The position numbers and the translations under genes are program-made. A stretch of 64,000 nt of DNA from positions 62,001 through 126,000 of the forward strand of contig NW_026782216.1 in assembly GCF_031769215.1 (NCBI RefSeq), read 5' to 3'. The DNA comes from Ylistrum balloti. Taxonomy: Eukaryota. The notes under the pieces are model-generated. The model worked only from the letters and a program-made list of their open reading frames with translations, ran no database searches and was not told the DNA's origin. How positions within the stretch are numbered: position 1 is the stretch's first letter; each line of letters starts with the position of its first letter. Shown piece after piece: positions 40,183 to 50,424 of the stretch.

Positions 40183-40527
40183 CAACAACAACAGTTATGC
40201 CATGGAAATAATTCCTCAATATTGATTACTTATTGAAAATGAAGAGGGTTTATCCATTTTTTGAACACTGACTTACGGAAAATGTATTTTGGACGATCTG
40301 TGGCAAATTCGGGCCAGTTGCCCGAGTTAAATAGGATAATCTGAGGTCGATATCGTCTGATCAAAATATGCGGAATGCGGGAGAGGGCGCTTATGGCGAG
40401 TGCAGACATGATTTGACCATGTTAGATTAGGTGTTTCCTCACCTTCTTGTAAATAGCTCTTTCTTTCTTGTGCTCTGCGTTCCGAATCAATAATCTGTGA
40501 AAACAAGTCGTTCAGAGAGGACGACAT
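31761..40527 (-). CDS. CCDC172: Coiled-coil domain-containing protein 172-like, core 7 exons
   Basis: Exons 40443-40527 (MSSSLNDLFSQIIDSERRAQERKSYLQE), 39585-39670, 38682-38798, 33821-33986, 32682-32783, 32288-32390, and 31761/31782-31980 (RLQKEIDSVKDEDLE...Gln-rich tail). All are GT-AG with consistent phases. The N-terminus and LPTTDAEFIRLQKE resemble human CCDC172 (SLESLFQHII..., PQNDAECLRLKKE) as I recall it. Confidence 0.82.
34215..34400 (+). repeat. Dispersed repeat, copy 1 (copy 2 at about 39005-39180)
   Basis: Shared blocks ATCGCTCTCTG, CTTGTGGA, TTGATATACATCAAA, TTGCATAA and TGGCTTTGAAG appear in the same order in both copies. Confidence 0.6.
34590..35545. mobile_element. Degenerate repeat family with GTGACCTTGACCCAATAACCCT units (HINE-like internal repeats)
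   Basis: Three related copies at about 34620, 35345 and 35465 (GACCCAATAACCCTCAAACT / GACCCAATAACCCTGAAACT / GACCCAACAACCTGAAAGCT). Confidence 0.45.
36215..36500 (+). mobile_element. 3' fragment of a non-LTR retrotransposon (L2/CR1-like ORF2 C-terminus)
   Basis: Broken translation DIEDDFHFILKCYFYNNF*STYINPYYRRPTVFKLIELLS...LGKF, preceded by LSSRSL-IE-like sequence. This matches the post-RT Cys/His motif of LINE ORF2. Confidence 0.7.
40151..40180. repeat. C30 homopolymer in CCDC172 intron 1
   Basis: 30 consecutive C at 40151-40180. Confidence 0.9.
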
Positions 40528-40873
40528 TCTTCGACTTGAATTTTCCCGCAATTATTAAAAACAATGTGATTTAGACGCTTAAGTCGATTCTTAAGATAAA
40601 ACGCAAGAAAGATTTCAACATATGACTGAATTGGAGTTTCTTTCGACTTTTCGAATCGGCCATTTGATACTCCTCTAGAGTTTTCAGTGTCTATTTTAAG
40701 ATGTGTCGTAATAATTCGCGGAATAGCCGGGTGTTCTTCGAACCGAACTATTTATGTTTACAGACCGTATCTATGAATCACCAAGTGGTGCAATCTTATG
40801 TTACGACAGGTGTCATTGCTAAATTTAGTATATGACCGTATACATATTGGGTGGAGATATAAAAGAAGACATC
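40528..40873. promoter_or_regulatory. Putative bidirectional promoter CCDC172/RING gene
   Basis: 346 bp between divergent ATGs, CpG-rich. YY1-like CGGCCATTT at 40657-65. Confidence 0.72.
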
Positions 40874-43800
40874 ATGGCAGAGGGAGGATATTGTTCATCC
40901 GAGTTAGAAGTTGACACTTCTGAGATCCAAGGCGTTCAGGAATCTTTAGAAGACATGGCGGGTACATGCACTGGTGCCGAGCAGTTGAATGGTAGTGATG
41001 AGGAAAGCATGCAAAAATTCCTTCAGAAATCACAATGGTGGGTGTATCATATAAAACCAATAACAATGAATTGAAAAAACCTGACCAAGTGGCATAATTT
41101 CATCGTGATATTTATTATATTTGATGTTATATGATTACTAATCTGGAAATGTACAACTTAAACACTGTGTCAAAAATTTCTAGTTTCAAAAGAACCATAT
41201 TGCAATACGCAAAGTTATATCCGTTTGTTTTGCGTACTTTTTTTTTTTGACAATTGAAGGTAAAAAGTCTCAAGTGTTTTTTTCCTTGTATCCCTATAGT
41301 CAATCAAAGATTATTTCCTTGATAATTCATCTCAGATGTTGATGAAAATAAGACTAGTAAACATTCATATTTTTATATTAGACCATTGACTTATATAAAC
41401 ATATATCTAAGTCTGTGATTGAAAAAAAAATAGCTTTCAGAGATTGAAGACAAAGTATTTACGATTTTCCTTATTTTATCAAGTGAGCGTCTGTATGAAT
41501 TACGGAATTTGCAACATGGAGCAAAACCTGTGACCAGTCAAGGACATAAGGATTCAATCAATAAATTCTTTGAGAAGAAACAATCAGCTCAGGAGCAAGC
41601 AGCAAGCCACGGGAAAGAAAATGTTCCAATTAATGAAGACAATGTAGAAGAGCATCGCCCAGAGACAATTGTTGTAGAGATTCAGGGACTTGTCGAACAA
41701 CAGCGTGTATCCACATCGCTTGGAACCAATTTCCGCCGTCATCTTGAAAACATTATTAGAGGGAGTATTTCAGCAGTAGCAAGAAACCACACTCCTCGTC
41801 CATCTTCCTCACGACAGCCTTCCTCTTCACCCTCACCTGCACCTTCCCCTCGGGAGGAAGCAACCCCACAACCTGTACCGGCACCACCTGTGGTACCTGT
41901 AACATCGCCTTTAGTGACTGCTGCCTCCACCATAGACAGGAGCCGAAGCAACACTGTCAGCTCAAATAACAGTTTGAGTCAACACAGTAAGATTCTATAA
42001 TTTATTTCTGCATAGTCTTGGATATTAAGGATTGTCTTTTTAGTCTCGTTAAGCTAAAAAATAAAATCTATGAAAAATACTTGTTTAGATAATTGGGGTT
42101 TTAAGTGGGATGCCATTTCTAAATATTCTCGTTGAGAAAAATTATAATTCTACAAAAATGGTGATGAGAACACTAACTTTTTCTTCATTGGTTAACTGAC
42201 TACCTGGATGGGTGGAAAATAAACTTTTGGAAATACATGTTCTCTTTTTGTGTTTGATTTACATATATTTAAACTGAATGTATGACTGTATTGTATTTTT
42301 TTTTACAGGTGGCACCCCCTCTGATTCTGAAGACACACCACAGGAACCTGAGGTTAGAGCTCCAGTGCCACAGTAAGTTATTGAAATCTTATATATCATT
42401 TAAATATTTTCACTATCATTGAGATTGTTTTGAAACAGACTTACTGATTTTATGAAGTACCATTCTTTTAGATGTTTTGGTTGTTCAACAGAAATGAAAA
42501 TAAGCAGGCTCCAAATCATGGATGTATTACTGGATAAATACAGTGGAATTTATATGTAACAAGATCATTATCTAATCTGTCAATGCCTCCACTATGATTT
42601 GAACCCACAACCTTTAGCTTACTAATCTCTCAAGATCTCTCTAGCAAAGCAATATTTTGTGGCTAGCATTTTACTAGGGTTATATTAAAAATAAAATTCC
42701 AAACAAAAAGTGATGTTTATAGGGATTAATGAAAATTACATTAATACAAGAAACACAAAAAGTATTTGCAGATTTTCAGAGTTTTTTTTCTCTCAAAATT
42801 TGATGAATAAGATTTACATACAGTTGACTTCTGGCACCTTCATTTCTCTGGATTTTATGAACAAGTTTTGATTTCAAAAATTTGTTTGTTTCAGGTTTTA
42901 TGATAGGATCTTGGGATATGACTGGGAGGATAGGCACCATGAAGATATGGTTCAGGAAATCAGTGAGCTTGTTCATAGTCGAATTGTCTCCTCTACCCTG
43001 GAGGGTGACTTCAGGACTCGTCTGGAGATCAGCATGCAGGTATACCATTTTAATATATCACTAAGACTTCCGAGATTTTCCACATGAAGTCTGATTAATA
43101 TGATTTTATTATTGGAAATTTAATAGGGCTTGTATTAACTTTATGAATTATTTATTTATAAATTAATTGTTTTACATATGATATTCTTTATTTTTATTCA
43201 GTTCATCATATAAAATTTTGTGAAATTTCCAGTGTCTGTCCTAATAGATAATTTTTCAAGAGTTACCTCCCTTCGTACTGATTTCGTTTGCAATTGAAAT
43301 TTTTTTTTGTCGTCAGGAGAGACTTGCCAACAGTGGCTTTGATGGGGCAAGAGTCCAGGAATTTGTACAGAATATCAACCAATCCCAGGCTATTGAAAGG
43401 AATGATTTCTCTGATCTGGGTATTCACATTAACACTCCAGCTGACAACTTTGATAATATTTCTGTCACGAGTGTCAGTGCACATGCTGTTCCTTATACAC
43501 AGGTAAATAAAACTCTTTTGTTATTAAAACAGTGGGTGTAATGTAGGATGGTCAGGTGGCACAGTGGTAACGCACTCGCCTTTCACATAGCCATCCGGGG
43601 TTTGATTCCTGGAATGGATGTGAAAAGGTATGGGGTCACCTGCCCGACCACGTGGGTTTTCCCTGGGTACTCCGGTTTCCTCCCACATTAAGACCCCTCT
43701 CACATTAAGACCCCCCGCACGCTTCCATCCGAGCCAACATGAGTGATTTATATAAGTTGAAAAAACTTGCTTCGCAATTGTTGTAAAATAAATAAAGTAA

Positions 43801-44894
43801 ATTATTTATTGAGTCTAATGATGAAAGCAAGCTGATTTTGTGGTTTATACACAAGTACAAGACACTCCCCCTAAATTACTAGATGCTTGAAAATCATGAA
43901 ATGTATTGAATCAAGGGTCTGGTGCATCTCCCCATCAAGATTTTGACACTTCTTGCCATCTTTTTGGATTTCGCTGTCCTAGAAGGAAGAGACAGCTGTA
44001 TGATGCAGTTTTATTCATTGTTTGGCTCTACTGTATCTAATTTCAAATTTGTACTGAAAGGTGCTATTCACTTTAATTATTGTAATAGCTCAATTTGTCA
44101 ATTAATAACCTCTGACTACGGGGATGGGCTTATTTTAAAACATGGGATTATTCCTGGTTGAATATGGTATGATTTAAATGTTTAATAGCTGTATGCCTGA
44201 TCATAAATATTGTATTTTCACGGTTTATTTGTCCACAGTCAACACGGTACATGAGCAGAGAGATCCAAAGTTTGAAAGCACAGCTAATGGAGATGAAAAA
44301 TATGATGAAGCTGAGCTTTGACCTTCAGATGGACATTCAGAGGTCAATTAGGCAGGAAGTGGCTGCTGCTATGAATGATGTCAAGAGTGAGTTTACAAAT
44401 CATTATGTTTGAGTCATAATTTTTTTATATAACATATTTATAAGTTTTAAAAAATAGATTTAGACATTAATAAAACATTCTGATAAGGAATACTCTATGC
44501 ATTACATAGTGAGTTGACAACAGTATCATATACAGTGTACTTCTAGACAAAATTTTGTTATTTCTATTTTTGATTTTCAGTATTCAAGAGTTACTTCCCT
44601 TTTCAGTAAAATGGCATAACATTAAGCAATATTTTAAATTCTATCAAAATATTTCTATTTTAAGGAGCAGATGGAAATACTGCCTTGCCTGTAGCAGCGA
44701 AGTCTAAACCAGTCAACGACACACACTGTTTGATCTGTTTGGACAATCACTCGGATTCAGTCCTCTATCAATGTGGGCATATGTGTGTGTGCTTCACTTG
44801 TGGGCGTAACCTTATGCAACAGGGGTCAAAATGTCCAGTTTGCAGAGCCCCAATCAAAGACATAATCAGGGCTTACAGATGTAATGAGGACTGA
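40874..44894 (+). CDS. C-terminal C3HC4 RING (neuralized/IAP-like RING) E3 ubiquitin ligase, 7 exons, 479 aa
   Basis: Exons 40874-41037, 41484-41986, 42309-42372, 42895-43039, 43317-43502, 44239-44386, 44665-44894. Phases are consistent; total 1440 nt. RING: CLICLDNHSDSVLYQCGHMCVCFTCGRNLMQQGSKCPVCRAPIKDIIRAY, preceded by helix LQMDIQRSIRQEVAAAMN. No NHR domains are visible, so it is not called neuralized. Confidence 0.88.
43547..43797 (+). mobile_element. tRNA-derived SINE with V-domain-like core (V-SINE type)
   Basis: Pol III box A TGGCACAGTGG and box B GGTTTGATTCC, core GTGGGTTTTCCCTGGGTACTCCGGTTTCCTCCCACA, A-rich tail AAATAAATAAAG. Lies in intron 5 of the RING gene. Confidence 0.85.
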
Positions 44895-45606
44895 ACATGT
44901 GTGACTGTCATAATGTTTTCTCATGTGAAAAAAAAATCATGCTCATTCACAAGATCTATATTTCATATCAGAGTGTGAAGAATCATGCATTTTTTGTGTT
45001 TATATCTGACATGATCATAAATCACATCAAAGTCTTGATGTAGACTTTCACCATCATGTGCTGCTGTAGGACCTGAAAATGGATATGCATAACATGGCCT
45101 TTCATGTGCTTCATCAAGGCCTTATTGTCTGAAATACAGATCTTTTTATGCAAGGCTTGTTCCATCATGTGCTAATATAAGACCTGACAATATAGATATG
45201 CATAATTAGGGCTATCATGTACCCGCATTAAGGCCTGATAAGGTATAGAAACTCGTCATTTTGCATTGCTTTTTACAGAGATTCATTCAAAGGCTGGACT
45301 CACACATGACTCTAAACTGTTGACAGTTTTTTCATGACATTATTGTTCAGAAATGAATATGAGGACAATGAAAGAGTTGTGTATACCACATTTCATAAAT
45401 TTCATTGAAATATTGGATGTATACTATATATAATATTATATGCAACTGGTTTTGCAGAATGTGTTTTAAAGATTTTAGAAAATAGTTTATTTTGCTGTCA
45501 CCAATGTGTTTTACATGTTAAACATTACATTTATCATCAGTCATTGAGGTATATATTCATACTATCATATATATATATACAGTATATGCTATTTCAAAAA
45601 TGATGC

Positions 45607-45612
45607 AATAAA
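45607..45612 (+). other. Candidate polyadenylation signal of the RING gene
   Basis: AATAAA about 710 nt after the stop codon, followed by U-rich TTGTTTTT. Confidence 0.5.
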
Positions 45613-46164
45613 TTGTTTTTAAAAATATGCATTAGACAGTGTATTTTTAGTATCATTTGAACGAACATGTTGAATCAGTTGAAAAAATATGTTCAACCTT
45701 TTGAACAAAGTGTTGTTTTTCCAATTTTAGGTCACATGATTAAAACTTCAGAATGAGTCTCATGTTCTCCATTGCAATCTGTCTTCAATTATCGTTATTG
45801 ATATTACCTGGTCATTGTTTCTGATGTCTTAAGAACCATAAAGCCTAGAGTCATGAAAATTCCTTGAAATAGATAGGGGTCTATCAAAATGTTGAAACTA
45901 CATTATCATGACTGGCATTCAAAGTGTCAAATCTACATTATATACTGTACATCATAGTGAAGTCTTTCAAACTACAAATGACCTGGTATATGACCCGTAT
46001 ATGGCTGTTTTAAGTGCTGCCATTGTTGACAAAGTCATATGTGTTGATTTATACAGTGACAGGTAATGTTTGTGTAGGTTTTAAAAAAACAACATTTTAG
46101 ACTTCCATTGTTCTTAAGAAATAACAACAGTTAACCGGTTTTTCCTTAAGAAACTTCTACTGAA

Positions 46165-47332
46165 ACGAGTCTCTGTCATGTCGGAGGGGACATCACCGGC
46201 TATGCCTTACAAATGTTCTATTGAAAGGAGTCTCTGTCGTGTCGGGGTGGGGGGACATCACTGGCTATGCCTTACAAATGTTCTATTGAAAGGAGTCTCT
46301 GTCGTGTCGGAGGGGACATCACTGGCTATGCCTTACAAATGTTCTATTGAAAGGAGTCTCTGTCGTGTCGGGGTGGGGGGACATCACTGACTATGCCTTA
46401 AAGAATTTTCTACTGAAACGAGTCTGTCGTGTCGGAGGGGACATCACCGGCTATGCCTTAAAGAATGTTCTACTGAAACGAGTCTCTGTCGTGTCGGAGG
46501 GGACATCACTGGCTATGCCTTACAAATGTTCTACTGAAAGGAGTCTGTCGTGTCGGAGGGGACATCACTGGCTATTCATTAAGAATGTTCTACTGAAAGG
46601 AGTCTCTGTCGTGTCGGAGGGGACATCACTGGCTATGCCTTACAAATGTTCTATTGAAACATCACCGGCTATGCCTTAAATGTCTACTGTCGTGTCGGAG
46701 GACATCACCGGCTATGCCTTAAAGAACTGAAAATGTTCTGAAAGGAGGGGACATCACTGGCTATGCCTTACAAATGTTCTATTGAAACAAGTCTGTCATG
46801 TTGGAGGGGACATCACTGGCTATGCCTTACAAATGTTCTATTGAAACAAGTCTGTCATGTCGGAGGGGACATCACCGGCTATGCCTTACAAATGTTCTAT
46901 TGAAAGGAGTCTCTGTCGTGTCGGAGGGGACATCACCGGCTATGCCTTACAAATGTTCTATTGAAACGAGTCTCTGTCATGTCGGAGGGGACATCACTGG
47001 CTATGCCTTACAAATGTTCTATTGAAAGGAGTCTCTGTCGTGTCGGAGGTGACATCACCGGCTATGCCTTAAAGAATGTTCTACTGAAACGAGTCTGTCG
47101 TGTCGGAGGTGACATCACCGGCTATGCCTTAAGAATGTTCTACTGAAACGAGTCTGTCGTGTCGGAGGTGACATCACCGGCTATGCCTTAAAGAATGTTC
47201 TACTGAAACGAGTCTTTGTCGTGTCGGAGGGGACATCACCGGCTATGCATTAAGAATGTTCTACTGAAACAAGTCTCTGTCATGTTGGAGGGGACATCAC
47301 TGGCTATGCCTTACAAATGTTCTACTGAAACG
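46165..47332. repeat. About 59-65-bp minisatellite, about 19 copies
   Basis: Unit GTCTCTGTCGTGTCGGAGGGGACATCACTGGCTATGCCTTACAAATGTTCTATTGAAAGGA, with truncated units at about 46650-46760. Confidence 0.93.
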
Positions 47333-50300
47333 AGGAGGCGGTGGAGGGACTGAAGACGGGGGATGTTAAATGATTAAATAACAGAATTCACTTGTCATTT
47401 TACGTTTTATTTTGTTTTAAAAGGGCCATTACAAGGCCAATAAGATGTCAAATGATTTATATTTGTAGTAATATAATAACGTGACATCACATTTCTCTGA
47501 ATTTTGATAAAAGTAAAAGGTTCCACATAAATTTTCAATATGTAGATATAACACTTTAAGCTTATCTTGTCAGCCACAGATGATATACATGTATGATGTA
47601 CATACATACTCTAATATGTATATCTGTGAACATTAAAGTTGAGCTATTTAATATCGTACCCACATGTATGGTTATCAGCTTGTGGTAGTGTGAATCACAA
47701 TGTATGATTCACGCGAGTATTTATATGACATAACGAACATGCATGCACATGCTTTCACACGTGCTGGACGATCAACTTGCGTATTCTGATTATGTGTAAA
47801 TTGTTACAGAGACGTATGCTTTCAGTAAGAGCCAAATGCATTTATCATTTCGTTCATTTTCGAAATACAAAGGTCTGTGTCTCGATCTGTACATGTTTAT
47901 AACTTCTCTGCACCCTGCCTGTTAGCTGTTTCATTAGTTGGTAAAAGAAATACCAAACACCAGGTTGACATCTCTTCTGAAAAATAAAAATAGCTACATT
48001 CATGTCGAGTCTGATGTTACCGTTACGTTACAGCATGATTCCTTTTATTTGTGTCAAAGAGATCACAGGTAAGATTCCTTATATCATACCCTTGAGTTGT
48101 TACTTGTGTCATCCGCAATATTAAGTGTACAATAACTATATCGATAGTTCCAAGCATTCTTATTACTTTTCTGACGAGCCACGATTAAGCCTTTCGATGC
48201 CTGTATTAATATTTGCAGGTCTGTCACGGTCACAAACAGACCCCTAGTAACCTGTTGTAAGCTAAGGATTATCTTTTGGATATCGGGGATGTCATACGAT
48301 TGTCTTACTTAATCATAACACACATTTTCTTTAAATTACGAATGGATTGGATGGATTCTGATTTCATTTAATATGTTGGATTATAAAAAAGGCAGTATAT
48401 GAAAATGTTTACTGGAGGGCGATATGGGGGCTTCGTAATTTATTCATTAACAATTTGGCCGCCAATCTGACCTTAGCGTTCACCTCTCAGATTAGTTCTT
48501 CCATGTACAACAAGTTGCCTTACGAACCACTTAGGACTGAACTATTCTGGGCTGAATTCAGCTTAATCGCCGATTGTTGAAAATGAGCTGACCTCTTATC
48601 AGTCGAGAGACTCTTGTAAATACATCAACGTTATTTATGTGTTTTGAACGACACCTGTGTTGCGGTGTATCCTTGATGTTTCGTCATTAAGTTTTTCCTC
48701 GTGTAAATCTTGCAGTTTTATATCAAGAATGAAAATCGTATAAATTCTGTTCGGGGTTTTGTTTACTCTAGTTACATATACGAGAGTGTCAAGTTTTAAA
48801 TGTACTTTTGTATTTCTGATGTTTTTAATTGATGCCTTTTCGTGTTTTGTTTTTATTACGCTTTAGTCGTTTCCATAACAGTGGGTGTGGCAAGGTGTTA
48901 CAACACGCGGTAAACTTTCAAACATTTATACCCTCCTTAGATTAAATAATCACTTTGCTATATAGAACCTTCAAAGACGTGATCTTAATAGTCGGTTATA
49001 AATGGTAAGTAAATCAAGTTTACAATTATTCCACATCTATAAAACTTTCCCACTAGTCCAATTTATAGAGAAGGAGGAGAGAAAATTACTCTGTATCAAC
49101 ACAGCGTTGTAAACACTCAAGATCTGTTTGGATAAACAAAACAAAATTTATGTAGAATATTTACACTTGTTGGTTCCGTCTGCTGTTTTAGGATCATGTA
49201 GGAGTGTTAATTAGGACATTGTTTGGCTGTTTGATTAATATGTGGTTAAGCGCATGATCCTAACGTGACGAGTCGTCGCATGCTGCTTCTCCAGGCCGTG
49301 GTAGGATGTCTGTTTCACGAGTTGTCTTACCGGGTCGCGGCGGGCTATACGGCTGCCCAGGCCGGGCTATGACCGTCCGTCCGTGCCATGTTTGACTGTA
49401 GTGTCCGGACCATGACGGCTATCTGACCGAGTCATGACGGACTGTCTTAGCTTTTTTTGAAGGGTTGTCTGTCAAACCGAGTCACAATGCCTGACCAATA
49501 CCCTCACTTACCCTTTTTATATGTGACGCAATTTCCCAAACGTTTCTTTCACTGATAACTGCTGTTGATTTGTGATTTGGATGGAACACATATTGAAGAT
49601 TAAAACTTATTGATTGTGGTCGTTATGACCAAAGCATGTATAGATATGTACAATGATATATACAACACTTTTTTTCTTAGACAGGGAGGTGTAGTGTAAA
49701 CCGTGGTTTTTGATGGACATGTGTAGATTTTAAAAGACGTTTGTTTTGTTGGTTGTATCAGCTAATATCATTTTCAGACGAGGTTTTCTACTAGTAGTTG
49801 ATGGCTACCTAAATGAACACTATAAGGGAGGCCCAATGTTATCTCTGTAGAGTACGTAGAATGTGTATTTAAACGTTTCTTGCTCAGGAACACAACCATG
49901 ACGGTACAGATCGGACAGTGATCTCAGCATCGTGACAAACACGAGCAACATACTTGGGTATGGTGCGATGGTGCTTTATTTGGTGAGGGCTGTCGTGGCC
50001 TCTCTTAATAAAAAGTCGAAGGTAAGTATGAACTCATCCGTATCTTCATTGGATAGGTGTAAAAAAAGAAAATCATACTCATATTCTTTAAATAGATATT
50101 TAATAGAAAAATCAGATTTTTCGCGTGCTGTTATTTGTAAGTAAAGAGAGTTTTCGTCTGGGCGCGAATTCAAATTCCAATGACGTCACGCAGTGCAAAG
50201 CGCCAAGATGCATTACAGTAACCACACGCATATCTCTTCAAACTATTAATTTCTTTGTATTTCATTGACGAAATTATACTCGACATAAGAGGTCAGATGT

Positions 50301-50424
50301 TTTCAGTTAGTTTAATCTCGCCAGTCTACGCAAACCACTAGGATGTGTCCACTTTCGGAAACAGTCTACTTTTAGATATACCGATTCTAAATTGATTATT
50401 GATTGTACTTTAAGGTATTGAAAT

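Noticed and set aside
44685-44894. Calling the RING gene neuralized
   Set aside because: The RING is similar, but no NHR domains were found in any reconstructed exon.
46178-47146. Several repetitive ORFs
   Set aside because: By-products of the 61-bp minisatellite.
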